The position numbers were made by a program, and so were the translations under genes. Of a DNA stretch of 64,000 nt, positions 8,765-18,470 are shown piece by piece. Under the pieces are notes generated by a model. That model was not told where the DNA came from. It saw only the letters and a program-made list of their open reading frames with translations, and ran no database searches. The number at the start of each line of letters is the position of its first letter. Position 1 is the stretch's first letter. Origin of the DNA: Bacteroidota bacterium (GTDB lineage Bacteria; Bacteroidota; Bacteroidia; Palsa-965); the NCBI GenBank assembly GCA_021299855.1, contig JAJTEY010000031.1, positions 272 through 64,271 of the forward strand. The letters are read 5' to 3'.

Positions 8765-9169
8765 ATGAAAGCGACAGTTCGTTTTGCACTTGTACTTGTT
8801 CTATCTGTTATAACGTTTGTGAGCGGATCCGGATTTGTATTAGGCAAAATGATTTGTTTGAAATCCGGTAATGAGATTATTCTTCCCGGAGCCATGGAGG
8901 ATTGTTGCGGTGGTGAAGCTTCCGATCAAAGTTTTATTTCAGAAAAGTGCTGTGAGATTTCGAACCTTACTATTGATCAGGAAACATTCATCAATTCCGA
9001 ATCAACTCAGTTTAAAAAGATTTTACTGACAGCAGTTGTACCTGTGTTATTACCATTCACGGTTGATATTCTTTTTGCCGATTACACCTCGACTATTTCG
9101 GACTATTCGGATCGACAATATGCTCCTACTGATCCTATAAGAGCTGAACTCTGCGTATTTAACATTTAA
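8765..9169 (+). CDS. Hypothetical Cys-rich membrane protein
   Basis: The ATG at 8765 gives MKATVRFALVLVLSVITFVSGSG (TM/signal). Paired-Cys motifs MEDCCGGE and EKCCEIS, plus a second hydrophobic segment LLTAVVPVLLPF. Lies directly upstream of a TonB-dependent receptor. Confidence 0.55.
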   Translation: MKATVRFALVLVLSVITFVSGSGFVLGKMICLKSGNEIILPGAMEDCCGGEASDQSFISEKCCEISNLTIDQETFINSESTQFKKILLTAVVPVLLPFTVDILFADYTSTISDYSDRQYAPTDPIRAELCVFNI

Positions 9170-9172
9170 GAT

Positions 9173-9237
9173 TTGCTTTGAATTGTTGTGCGACGTTGAC
9201 GCAACGCGCATTTAGTCTATTCATTAATTCAAAGCAA
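9173..9237 (+). promoter_or_regulatory. Structured 5' leader: 12-bp perfect stem enclosing a GC-rich inner hairpin, ending 1 nt before the receptor ATG
   Basis: ttgctttgaatt (9173-9184) is the exact reverse complement of aattcaaagcaa (9226-9237). Inner hairpin: tgcg-a-cgttg / caacg-cgca (9189-9210). Confidence 0.6.
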
Positions 9238-9238
9238 C

Positions 9239-11446
9239 ATGTATCAAAAAGTAATTTTATTATTCTTGATTTGCGCTACTTCGTATTTACGCGCGCAAAT
9301 CACCGGACGTATCAGCACATCAGGCGCTGAAGCAATCCCCGGCGCCGTCATCTTCTGGCAAGGTGCTAAGCAAGGTACAGCCAGCGATTCTTTAGGACGA
9401 TTTACATTGTCCTGGCCGGCTCAATTTCCAGACACATTAGTTGTACGTAGTGTTGGATTTAATTCTCAGGAAATCGGATTTATATCGGCAACTCCATCAT
9501 TTGTAAAAATTACACTGAAAAGTGCTGATACAATTGCCGGTGTAACTATTGTTGAACGTTTATCGGCAAGTCAGTTTTCCTTTTTCGATCCGATCATGAC
9601 CGAGAAGATCACACAAAAAGGATTATTGAAAGCGGCCTGTTGTAATCTTTCCGAAAGTTTTGAAACGAATCCTTCTGTAGATGCAGCAATGACAGATGCA
9701 GTATCCGGCGCAAAAAAAATCAACTTGTTGGGGCTCGACGGTATTTATTCTCAAATTATGTTCGAGAATGTTCCGCTGATTCGCGGCTTGTCTTCTTCTT
9801 ACGGATTAGCGTTCATACCCGGTACGTGGATCAAAAGTATTCTCATTACAAAAGGAACGGGATCTGTAGTGAATGGGTACGAATCTATAGCCGGTCAATT
9901 GAATATTGATTTGGAAAAACCGCCGGAAGAACAACAAGAGCGTTTCTTTCTTAACGCATACGCTAACCATCGCGGCAGATATGAATTGAACGCACATTAT
10001 AATCAGAAGATCGGAAGTTCATGGGGCACGACGCTTCTGGCTCACGGTAGCATCGCGAAACAGCGCAACGACATGAACGATGATGGTTTTCTGGACATGC
10101 CGACTTACACGCAGATTAACGTCATGAATCGCTGGAACTGGCGCTACGCCGATCGTATGGAAGGACAATTTGGTATACGTTTTCTGATTGACGACAAAGT
10201 AAGCGGACAATTCGGTTACAAGCCTGAGCAAGATTTAAACAGTACCTTTTACGGAATAGGCGTGTATAATAAACAACTGGAGTTTTTCAATAAAACAGGT
10301 TTCCTGATGTCGAAACCGGGTCGTAGTATCGGAACCATATTCTCTGCCCGTTATCATGATCAGGATTTACAATTCGGCAGAAGAACATTTCAAGGTGAAC
10401 AGCGCAGTTTGTATGGCACTGCGTTATTTCAAGATTACATCAAGAACACCAACCATACATTCAAAGGTGGACTCAGCTATGTTTATGATGAGTATGTGCA
10501 ATATTACAACGACACCAATTTCAGCAGAACAGAAATGGTTCCCGGAGCATTTGTTGAATACACAGGACACCTGAGTACTAAATTTACTGCGGTAATCGGT
10601 TATCGTATTGATCATCATAACCTGGCAGGATTGCAGCACACTCCGCGATTACACCTGAAATATGACGTAGACAGTAACATTGTCATTCGTGCATCAGGCG
10701 GAAGAGGATTTCGTTATGCGAATATTTTTTCGGAGAGCACTACGATGTTTACCAACTCTAGAGAAGTTAAAATCGCGAATGATCTTCGTGCAGAAATTGC
10801 GTGGAACTATGGAGGTAGTTTACAATATCGTTTCAAGTTGTTTAAACGTGAAGCAACGTTAGTAGCTGATTATTTCAGAACAGACTTTATCAATCAAATT
10901 GTAACGGATCTTGAGCAGCCCGGAGTTATCAGCTTTTATAATCTGGATGGATTATCTTTTGCAAACAGTTATCAGGCCGATGTGATGTTTGAACCTATTG
11001 AACGATTTGAAGTGCGAATGGCATACAAATATTACGACGTGAGGATTACCTATCAGGACAAATTGAAACAACGACCATTAGTTCCGCAGCATCGTGCATT
11101 CATTAATTTGGCGTATGCATTGCCTTATGACAAATGGACATTTGATTTTACCACCAGATGGATTGGTGCATCCCGAATGCCGGCTCACTTAATCAGTAGA
11201 ACTGCGCAAGGAGATGTTGTACGAACAGAATCGTTAACGGAAGACTTCTTCTTGTTTAGTGCACACATTTCCAAAAAATTCCGAAAGTTTGATGTTTATC
11301 TCGGAGCAGAAAATATTGGTAACTTCATGCTTCACCAACCTATTATTGGAGCTGACAACCCTTTTGGTCCGGTATTTGACGCATCACTGGTGTATGCACC
11401 AACCGACGGACGCATTATTTACACAGGAATACGAATGAAATTTTAA
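9239..11446 (+). CDS. TonB-dependent outer-membrane receptor with an N-terminal carboxypeptidase-regulatory-like domain
   Basis: Signal peptide. N-terminal GRISTSGAEAIPGAVIFW...VVRSVGFNSQEI. Plug-like LDGIYSQIMFENVPLIRGL. 735 aa with an aromatic C-terminal residue (...IYTGIRMKF). Confidence 0.85.
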   Translation: MYQKVILLFLICATSYLRAQITGRISTSGAEAIPGAVIFWQGAKQGTASDSLGRFTLSWPAQFPDTLVVRSVGFNSQEIGFISATPSFVKITLKSADTIAGVTIVERLSASQFSFFDPIMTEKITQKGLLKAACCNLSESFETNPSVDAAMTDAVSGAKKINLLGLDGIYSQIMFENVPLIRGLSSSYGLAFIPGTWIKSILITKGTGSVVNGYESIAGQLNIDLEKPPEEQQERFFLNAYANHRGRYELNAHYNQKIGSSWGTTLLAHGSIAKQRNDMNDDGFLDMPTYTQINVMNRWNWRYADRMEGQFGIRFLIDDKVSGQFGYKPEQDLNSTFYGIGVYNKQLEFFNKTGFLMSKPGRSIGTIFSARYHDQDLQFGRRTFQGEQRSLYGTALFQDYIKNTNHTFKGGLSYVYDEYVQYYNDTNFSRTEMVPGAFVEYTGHLSTKFTAVIGYRIDHHNLAGLQHTPRLHLKYDVDSNIVIRASGGRGFRYANIFSESTTMFTNSREVKIANDLRAEIAWNYGGSLQYRFKLFKREATLVADYFRTDFINQIVTDLEQPGVISFYNLDGLSFANSYQADVMFEPIERFEVRMAYKYYDVRITYQDKLKQRPLVPQHRAFINLAYALPYDKWTFDFTTRWIGASRMPAHLISRTAQGDVVRTESLTEDFFLFSAHISKKFRKFDVYLGAENIGNFMLHQPIIGADNPFGPVFDASLVYAPTDGRIIYTGIRMKF

Positions 11447-11459
11447 AACCATAACAACG

Positions 11460-11795
11460 ATGAGAATTATAGCAATACTTGGGTTTCTGCTGATCGGATT
11501 AGCAGCAACCGCACAGATGGATACCATCAAAATAAAAACCAGTGCAGAATGCGACATGTGCAAGAAGCGCATTGAAGAGCAAGTGGGCATTACCAAAGGA
11601 GTTAAAAGTGCAGTGCTCGATGTGAATACCATGGTACTCACCGTGATTTACAATAAACAAAAAACAGCTCCGGAGAAAATTAAAACAATAATAAACAAGG
11701 CAGGATACGATGCGGACGACACAAAAGCTGATCCTAAGTCGCAAAAGAAATTACCTGCTTGCTGCCGTCCGGGCGGTGGTAAAGACCATAAATAA
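11460..11795 (+). CDS. Periplasmic heavy-metal-associated (HMA) domain protein
   Basis: Signal peptide MRIIAILGFLLIGLAATAQ. HMA metal-binding motif SAECDMCKKRIEEQV. C-terminal KKLPACCRPGGG Cys pair. Confidence 0.8.
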   Translation: MRIIAILGFLLIGLAATAQMDTIKIKTSAECDMCKKRIEEQVGITKGVKSAVLDVNTMVLTVIYNKQKTAPEKIKTIINKAGYDADDTKADPKSQKKLPACCRPGGGKDHK

Positions 11796-11801
11796 ATTAC
11801 T

Positions 11802-12314
11802 ATGCCTTTAATTCTTCCTGTAAACGGCATTTCGCCGAATATCGGTAACGACTGCTACATCTCTGATAATGCAACTATTGTCGGTGATGTAACATGTGGT
11901 GATCAATGTAGCTTTTGGTTCAACAGTGTTATTCGAGGTGATGTGAATTCCATTACCATGGGGAACAAAGTCAATGTGCAAGATTTAGCTATGATTCACT
12001 GTACATATCAAAAAGCAAAAACGGTAATCGGGAGTAACGTCTCCATCGGACATCGTGCTATTGTGCACGGTTGTACTATACATGATAATGTTCTTATTGG
12101 TATGGGCGCAATTGTGATGGATCATGCAGAAATTGGAAGCAACACCATTATTGCAGCCGGAGCTGTCGTTACAGAAAAAATGAAAGTAGAACCCAACAGC
12201 GTTTACGCAGGAATTCCCGCAAAAAAAATCAAAGAGATCAGTCCTGAATTGACACAAGGAGAAGTGGAACGCATCGCGAATAACTACGTGATGTATTCCG
12301 GCTGGTTCAAGTAA
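11802..12314 (+). CDS. Gamma-class carbonic anhydrase-like / hexapeptide-repeat (LbH) protein
   Basis: FWFNSVIRGDVNSITMGNKVNVQD, IGHRAIVHGCTI and LIGMGAIVMD left-handed beta-helix repeats. 170 aa. Confidence 0.8.
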   Translation: MPLILPVNGISPNIGNDCYISDNATIVGDVTCGDQCSFWFNSVIRGDVNSITMGNKVNVQDLAMIHCTYQKAKTVIGSNVSIGHRAIVHGCTIHDNVLIGMGAIVMDHAEIGSNTIIAAGAVVTEKMKVEPNSVYAGIPAKKIKEISPELTQGEVERIANNYVMYSGWFK

Positions 12315-12315
12315 A

Positions 12316-13128
12316 TCAGCGTAACAACCGGTTTTGATTCCAGGTAAGCTTTGTTGCAACATGAATAGGTTGTTCTAATTGCTGCAATACGCTCAAGAAT
12401 TCATCTCTGCTGCCTGATGTACACCATTCAGTAATTCCTTCTGCGTTGATGTTCCAATTAATTTCCTGAGCAACGCGGCTTACTTGTCGCGCTATGGCCG
12501 GTGCAGGATCAATAATGCGAACATCAGGACCTAATATTTTCTCAAGAACCGGTTTGACGAAAGGATAATGCGTGCAACCCAATACCAAGGCATCAATTCC
12601 TTTTTCTTTCATGGGTGTAACCCATTGTCGCAACATGTCTTCGGTTTTTGGTGCGTTTTGCTGTCCTGCTTCAATTTGTTGCACCAAACCCGGACAAGGC
12701 TGACGAATAACTTCTACTCCTGAGGCAAATCGTTCTACAACACTTGCAAACAATTCTCCTTGAAACGTTGCTGTTGTTGCAATAACACCAACTACTCCTG
12801 ATTTTGTTTGTTCCGCTGCAGGCTTAACTGCAGGCTCCATGCCGATAAAACGAATATAAGGAAAGCGTTCGCGCAAATATTTCAGAGCTGCTGCGGATGC
12901 CGTGTTGCATGCAATAACTATAATCTTACAACCTTGATCAATCAGAAAAGATGTAATGCCTTCACTGTATTCTTTAATATCCTCCAGTGATTTATCTCCG
13001 TATGGAAGATGTGCAGAATCGGCTACGTAAATAATATTGCACAACGGAAGCTCACTTCTGATAGCATTCGCCACAGTAACGCCACCTACTCCTGAATCGA
13101 AAACGCCTATTGCTGAATCCAAAGACAT
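12316..13128 (-). CDS. murI: Glutamate racemase
   Basis: IGVFDSGVGG, VIACNTASA and LGCTHYP motifs. Start moved to the internal ATG (MSLDSAIGVF) because the longer ORF extension runs through a terminator hairpin. Confidence 0.9.
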   Translation of the reverse strand: MSLDSAIGVFDSGVGGVTVANAIRSELPLCNIIYVADSAHLPYGDKSLEDIKEYSEGITSFLIDQGCKIIVIACNTASAAALKYLRERFPYIRFIGMEPAVKPAAEQTKSGVVGVIATTATFQGELFASVVERFASGVEVIRQPCPGLVQQIEAGQQNAPKTEDMLRQWVTPMKEKGIDALVLGCTHYPFVKPVLEKILGPDVRIIDPAPAIARQVSRVAQEINWNINAEGITEWCTSGSRDEFLSVLQQLEQPIHVATKLTWNQNRLLR

Positions 13129-13156
13129 GATTAAAGATACGAGGATATCAAAAAAG

Positions 13157-13182
13157 AAAAAGGTCACATGATGTGACCTTTT
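13157..13182 (-). terminator. Rho-independent terminator between skp/ompH and murI
   Basis: aaaaggtcacat / atgtgacctttt near-perfect palindrome. On the minus strand it is followed by TTTTTCTTTTTTG. Confidence 0.7.
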
Positions 13183-13187
13183 CATTG

Positions 13188-13742
13188 TTATTTGCCGGGA
13201 GCAGGAGCAGCGGGTTTCGGCGCCGGTTTCGGAATGCCGAGTTTGATTCGCACTGCATCCAGAATATCATCAGCAGGATCTGCATAAATCATAACACCTG
13301 CAGACTTACTACTATCAATTACATACTTGTAACCTTTTTCCTTCGCAACATCAGCTGCAGCCTTGTTGATTTTATTATACAATGGCTCTACCAATTGAAC
13401 ACGCTTACTATTGAAATCTTGTTGCGCACTCATCTGGAAAGCCTGAATGTTATTCTGCAAGTCAGTGATTTCTTTTTCTTTCAATTGTTTGATCAGCGGA
13501 CTCCACGTCTTATTTAAAGAATCATATTCATTCAACTTGCGCTCCAATTCCATCTGCATTACTACCATCTGGTTTTCCAACATTTTGTAGTATAACTGAG
13601 CTGAATCGCTGGCGGCCTTAAATTCAGGCATAATTTCCAATAATGAATCGAGGCTGAAGTGAGCCATTTTTTGAGATTTACCGATCGTAGGAGCAACGAA
13701 TAACATCAGAGCAACTGCGACAATCTTCAGGGCATTTTTCAT
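13188..13742 (-). CDS. OmpH/Skp-family periplasmic chaperone
   Basis: Signal peptide, a coiled-coil-rich 184-aa protein, in the conserved position downstream of bamA. Confidence 0.8.
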   Translation of the reverse strand: MKNALKIVAVALMLFVAPTIGKSQKMAHFSLDSLLEIMPEFKAASDSAQLYYKMLENQMVVMQMELERKLNEYDSLNKTWSPLIKQLKEKEITDLQNNIQAFQMSAQQDFNSKRVQLVEPLYNKINKAAADVAKEKGYKYVIDSSKSAGVMIYADPADDILDAVRIKLGIPKPAPKPAAPAPGK

Positions 13743-13796
13743 GAGAATATTAAGAGATTGATTTTACTTATTTGATTGAATTGATTGAACAATGCA

Positions 13797-14324
13797 TTAC
13801 TTCTTACCTTTTTTCCATCCTAAAATTTCCAGGACTTCATCACTCTTGTCGTATTTCGGATTGGTGTAAAGCATCGTCATATCACTTGCTTTATCGAACA
13901 CGATGGCATAACCACCTTTTTCTGCCATTTCTTTAACCGCGTTGTAAACTTTATCCTGAATTGGTTTTACCAACTCCTGGCGCTTCTTGAATAATTCGCC
14001 ATCCACGCCAAACTTAGACTTCTGATATTCCTTAGCTTCTTTTTCTTTCTGCACAATTTCTGCTTCACGTTTGATACGCATTTCTTCAGTCATCAAGATT
14101 TTTTCTTGCTGAAAGTTTTTATACATACGATCGATTTCCGTATACTTTGCTTCTACTTCCTTCTGCCACTGAATTGACAATTTGTTCAATTCATCCTGCG
14201 CCTGTTGGTACTCACTACTCTGCGCCAGGATATAATCCGTATCGACATAGCAAAACTTCTGAGCACTTGCGGTACTAATCACGCCAACCAGGGCAACAAG
14301 CAGGACAACAATATACTTTTTCAT
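13797..14324 (-). CDS. OmpH/Skp-family periplasmic chaperone (second copy)
   Basis: Signal peptide MKKYIVVLLVALVGVISTASAQ. Lys/Glu-rich coiled-coil. Adjacent to bamA. Confidence 0.8.
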   Translation of the reverse strand: MKKYIVVLLVALVGVISTASAQKFCYVDTDYILAQSSEYQQAQDELNKLSIQWQKEVEAKYTEIDRMYKNFQQEKILMTEEMRIKREAEIVQKEKEAKEYQKSKFGVDGELFKKRQELVKPIQDKVYNAVKEMAEKGGYAIVFDKASDMTMLYTNPKYDKSDEVLEILGWKKGKK

Positions 14325-14382
14325 ATTCTTATGGATTTTACGCCTGTTTCAAGGACGGCTAATGTACAAAATAATAGTTGTT

Positions 14383-16860
14383 TTATAATTCTCCAAGGTT
14401 CATGCCAATACTGAAATGTATCTGAGAACGCTGCATTCCCGGTGCAGTGCGCACGTCGTCGAAGCGATAACCCCAATCCAATCCGAGTAAGCCGAACATC
14501 GGCAAGAATACACGTACACCAACTCCGGCCGAACGATACACGTCAAACGGATTAAACGATTTAAAATTTTGCCAGGTATTTCCTGCTTCTACATACGCCA
14601 ATCCGAATACGGTAGCAGAAGGATTCAAAGAAACCGGATAACGTAATTCCCAAGTGTATTTTGCAATAATTGGAGCACCCGTACGAGGAGACAACGATTG
14701 GTCATCATAACCGCGCAAAGCAATAATTTCACGACCATCGAGTGCGAAACCGGTTAAGCCGGAACCGCCCAGATAAAAGCGCTCAAACGGTGCAATACCA
14801 ACTGCACGATTATACATACCTAAATATCCAAATCCGATACGCGTATTCAATACGAGATCTCCGGCTAAGCGCGTAAACCATGAAGAAGTAAATTTCCATT
14901 TGAAATATTCCACGTACTTAAACTTCTCCTGATCCGATAACACCGAATAGTCACGTGAATTGAATAAAGAATATGGAGGTGTAAACTGTCCGATAATTTT
15001 AATATCCGAACCTTGACGCGGATAAATCATCTGATCCGTTGAGTTACGGAATAAGGTTAATCGCAAATTGATGTTATTGGCATACCCCTTTGAGAAGGCG
15101 AAAACCGAGAAGAAATTATTGAGTTGGTAATACTGATAATTTAATTCGACGAACACATTGAAGAAATCATCCGGACGTTTCAAGCGCTTACCAAAACCTA
15201 CAGTGGCTCCGCTAATTTTTACATCCTGACGATTCGCATCATTAGCACGGAAACCGTTGGATTGCACCGAGTGAAAGAACGTAACCGTTAATGAATTCGG
15301 TTTCTTTCCACCCAACCAAGGCTCTGTAAACGAAGCGTTGTAAGACTGGAAGAACAAACCGTTCGACTGCGCACGAATACTCAAGCGTTGTCCATCGCCG
15401 GAAGGCAGCGGTCGCCAGGTGGAACGATTTAAAATATTTCGAGTAGAGAAATTATTAAACGAAACACCTAAAGTTCCTACGATTCGTCCAGCGCCCCAAC
15501 CGCCGGATAATTCCACCTGATCGTTCGGACGCTCTTCTACTACATATTCAATATCTACTGTTCCTGTGTATGGATCCGGCTTCGGATTAATTTGAATTTT
15601 TTCCGGATCGAAATAACCTAATGAAGCCAATTCACGCTGAGAGCGGATTACATCTGCACGACGGAATAATTGTCCTGGGCGTGTTCGAATTTCGCGCATG
15701 ATCACATTGTCATTCGTCTTGGTGTTACCAATTACAGTAACGTTACGAATTGTTGCCTGGCGACCTTCGTAAATGCGCATTTCGAAATCAATAGAATCTC
15801 CATCAACATTTACCTCTACAGGACTAATCTGGAAGAATAAATATCCATCATCCATATACAAGGAACTGATATCATTGCCTTGCTCGCTCATGTACAAACG
15901 GGATTCCATCAATTGCTGATTGTACACATCGCCCTTTTGAATGCCCAAACGCTTCGATAAATCTTCGGATGAATATTTGGTATTACCCACCCACGTTACG
16001 TTTCGAACATAATATTTATTACCCTCGTTCAACCACAATTCAATTTTCATTCTGTTTGGAGAAACGCGGTAAATAGAGTCTTTGGTAATTGCAGCATCAC
16101 GATAGCCTTTCCCCAAATAACGTGCAACAACGACTTGTTTGTCGCCTTCGTAATTTTCTTCCAGATACTTAGATGACTTCAATAAGTTGTACCAACGAAA
16201 ACGTTTCGTTTCTTTCATGGAACGGCGAATCTTGCCTGCGGAAAACTCCTTGTTACCATGAATGACAATGTCCTCAATACGAACCTTTTTGCCTTTGTCA
16301 ATCATGATATCCAGATATACCAGATTTTTGTTGGCAGTATCAGGCTTTAACACCAATGTTGTTTTACAATTCAAAAAGCCGTCATCAACAAAGTGTTGTG
16401 TTACTGTTTCAACGATGTAGTTTTTTCTATAGTCGGTTAATACCATTCCACGATTGATCTGCAATTTCTCGCGCAGGTCTTCCTTATCGCTTTTCTTAAC
16501 TCCAAAAAAATCGAATCCCGCGATACGCGGCTTCTCCACGATATTAATATCTAACCAGATGTAATTACCGTCAATTTTATTTACAGTAATGCTTACATCT
16601 TCGAACAAACCTTCCTTCCAGATATTGTCGATTGCTTCTGCTGTTTTCTCTCCGGGAATCGTGATTTTATCCTGAATAGGTAAACCTGAAATTAAAACGA
16701 TAACACGAGGATCAACGGTAACAGCGCCCTTCACGTAAACGTCAACAAGTTTATATTCACGTGGTGCACGATAGTTGACTACTGTGGTATCGCTGCCGAA
16801 ATTTTGCGCATGCACAAAAGATGCGATCAAAAGCAAAACAGCAATAATTCTATACTTCAT
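14383..16860 (-). CDS. bamA: Outer-membrane protein assembly factor BamA
   Basis: 825 aa with a signal peptide, repeated POTRA-like segments (VRIEDIVIHGNKEFS, IRNVTVIGNTKTND), a C-terminal beta-barrel with aromatic-rich strands, and synteny with uppS and skp. Confidence 0.9.
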   Translation of the reverse strand: MKYRIIAVLLLIASFVHAQNFGSDTTVVNYRAPREYKLVDVYVKGAVTVDPRVIVLISGLPIQDKITIPGEKTAEAIDNIWKEGLFEDVSITVNKIDGNYIWLDINIVEKPRIAGFDFFGVKKSDKEDLREKLQINRGMVLTDYRKNYIVETVTQHFVDDGFLNCKTTLVLKPDTANKNLVYLDIMIDKGKKVRIEDIVIHGNKEFSAGKIRRSMKETKRFRWYNLLKSSKYLEENYEGDKQVVVARYLGKGYRDAAITKDSIYRVSPNRMKIELWLNEGNKYYVRNVTWVGNTKYSSEDLSKRLGIQKGDVYNQQLMESRLYMSEQGNDISSLYMDDGYLFFQISPVEVNVDGDSIDFEMRIYEGRQATIRNVTVIGNTKTNDNVIMREIRTRPGQLFRRADVIRSQRELASLGYFDPEKIQINPKPDPYTGTVDIEYVVEERPNDQVELSGGWGAGRIVGTLGVSFNNFSTRNILNRSTWRPLPSGDGQRLSIRAQSNGLFFQSYNASFTEPWLGGKKPNSLTVTFFHSVQSNGFRANDANRQDVKISGATVGFGKRLKRPDDFFNVFVELNYQYYQLNNFFSVFAFSKGYANNINLRLTLFRNSTDQMIYPRQGSDIKIIGQFTPPYSLFNSRDYSVLSDQEKFKYVEYFKWKFTSSWFTRLAGDLVLNTRIGFGYLGMYNRAVGIAPFERFYLGGSGLTGFALDGREIIALRGYDDQSLSPRTGAPIIAKYTWELRYPVSLNPSATVFGLAYVEAGNTWQNFKSFNPFDVYRSAGVGVRVFLPMFGLLGLDWGYRFDDVRTAPGMQRSQIHFSIGMNLGEL

Positions 16861-16874
16861 AAATGCGATTTCTA

Positions 16875-17660
16875 TTATTTTGATCCTGAAGGATTATTAA
16901 AAAAATTATCGATGGCTTGTTCAATCAATTGCTGACTGGTTTTTCCGAATCGACGTTCACGTTGTTGAAAGTCCAACAACGCCTGATAAAATTCTTCTTT
17001 GCCGAAATCCGGCCATAATGTTTCAGTGAAATAAAACTCTGCGTAAGCAATCTGCCACAATAAAAAATTGCTGACACGATGTTCTCCGCTGGTGCGAATC
17101 AATAGTTCCGGGTCAGGATATTTTGATGTCGTGAGATATGTACCAAACAAATCGGAATTCACTTCCGAGGCTTTCAACTTACCGGCTTCCACATCAGCAG
17201 CAATGCGACGCGTAGCTTCCACAATTTCCCAACGTGAGCTGTAACTCAACGCCAAAATAAGCGTCATTCCGGCATTGGAAGATGTAGCAGCAATTGCTTC
17301 AGCAAGTCCTTCCTGACAACGCGGCGGTAGACTATCAGTATCTCCGATGGTTGCTAAACGAATATTGTTTTCATTCAAAGTTTCGCGTTCAGAGTTGATC
17401 GTGTGCACGAGCAGTTCCATCAACGCATCCACTTCATCTTTCGGGCGATTCCAGTTTTCGGTAGAGAATGCATACAGCGTCAAGTATTTTATTCCCAAAG
17501 CTGCTGCTGCTTCTGCCGTCTCACGAACCGAATTGACGCCACTTTTATGACCGTACACGCGTAACTGTCCATGCATTTGCGCCCAACGACCATTGCCGTC
17601 CATGATGATGGCAACATGTTGAGGTAGTTTATCGAGATTCAATTGTTCTTTTGCACTCAT
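16875..17660 (-). CDS. uppS: Isoprenyl transferase (undecaprenyl-diphosphate synthase)
   Basis: HVAIIMDGNGRWA, YAFSTENWNRP and RTSGEHRVSNFLLWQ motifs. Confidence 0.9.
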   Translation of the reverse strand: MSAKEQLNLDKLPQHVAIIMDGNGRWAQMHGQLRVYGHKSGVNSVRETAEAAAALGIKYLTLYAFSTENWNRPKDEVDALMELLVHTINSERETLNENNIRLATIGDTDSLPPRCQEGLAEAIAATSSNAGMTLILALSYSSRWEIVEATRRIAADVEAGKLKASEVNSDLFGTYLTTSKYPDPELLIRTSGEHRVSNFLLWQIAYAEFYFTETLWPDFGKEEFYQALLDFQQRERRFGKTSQQLIEQAIDNFFNNPSGSK

Positions 17661-17669
17661 GACTTCTGC

Positions 17670-18470
17670 TCAGATTCCAATACCTGCACACTGTTTGGGT
17701 TTGTCACCCAGCTGAAATGTTATGGTTAAACCCGCGTACGCATACCAATCTTTTGCTCTTGGATTACCGCGCTGACGTCCAATATTATCGGTAGCCGTGG
17801 TGCTTCGATCACCTAATAAGACTGCCATCGAACCACCGTTAGCGAATAATAAGGCCGGATCTGCATAAACAGTACTTACGTCATCGATGTAATCCGTGAA
17901 AGTTTTACGAAGACCCCACTCTAACAAAAGCCCAATTCGTTTAGCAACATTTGCACGCACACCTGCACCAAATGGGAGAGAAAGTTGAGTGCGCATATAA
18001 CCCTTGGTTTGACCTTCAGTTTTCAAGGGTTGTAATGCAATCCATGTACCACCTACACTTGCCCGTGGGTTAAAGTTAAACAAAGCTGCACCGGCAAACA
18101 TGAATGGAGTAAATTCATGTCGTTCTGAGCCAATCTGATATTCAACAAAATTAAATTCTATACGTCCCGAAACCTCATATAGCCGCGAACGAAAACTCAA
18201 GTTCCTCTTCTGTTGTTCCGCAGAGGTCGAGCGAGCATCTATTCCCTGTAAACTGCCAAACATAACCGAAGCTGCAACAGCAAGCCGAAGGTTAAAATTA
18301 TGACGGTAAGCAAATCCTCCGGCAGGACGCGTCATACTATTGAAGTGCCCGGCGGGATTCAATTCACCGGTGTAATAGGACCCACCGAAGAAGAAACCCA
18401 GTTCGTTGGAACGTTGCGCAGAGGCGCTAAGTCCAACAAGTACAGATAATGTTAAGAGAATACTTCTCAT
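17670..18470 (-). CDS. Outer-membrane beta-barrel protein (DUF6089-like)
   Basis: Signal peptide, alternating beta-strand pattern, and the conserved position between nadK and uppS in Flavobacteriia-type loci (recalled synteny). Confidence 0.6.
   Translation of the reverse strand: MRSILLTLSVLVGLSASAQRSNELGFFFGGSYYTGELNPAGHFNSMTRPAGGFAYRHNFNLRLAVAASVMFGSLQGIDARSTSAEQQKRNLSFRSRLYEVSGRIEFNFVEYQIGSERHEFTPFMFAGAALFNFNPRASVGGTWIALQPLKTEGQTKGYMRTQLSLPFGAGVRANVAKRIGLLLEWGLRKTFTDYIDDVSTVYADPALLFANGGSMAVLLGDRSTTATDNIGRQRGNPRAKDWYAYAGLTITFQLGDKPKQCAGIGI

Noticed and set aside
11985-12362. 125-aa minus-strand ORF over the 3' half of the hexapeptide-repeat gene
   Set aside because: It is antisense to a clear left-handed beta-helix CDS and overlaps the murI 3' end.
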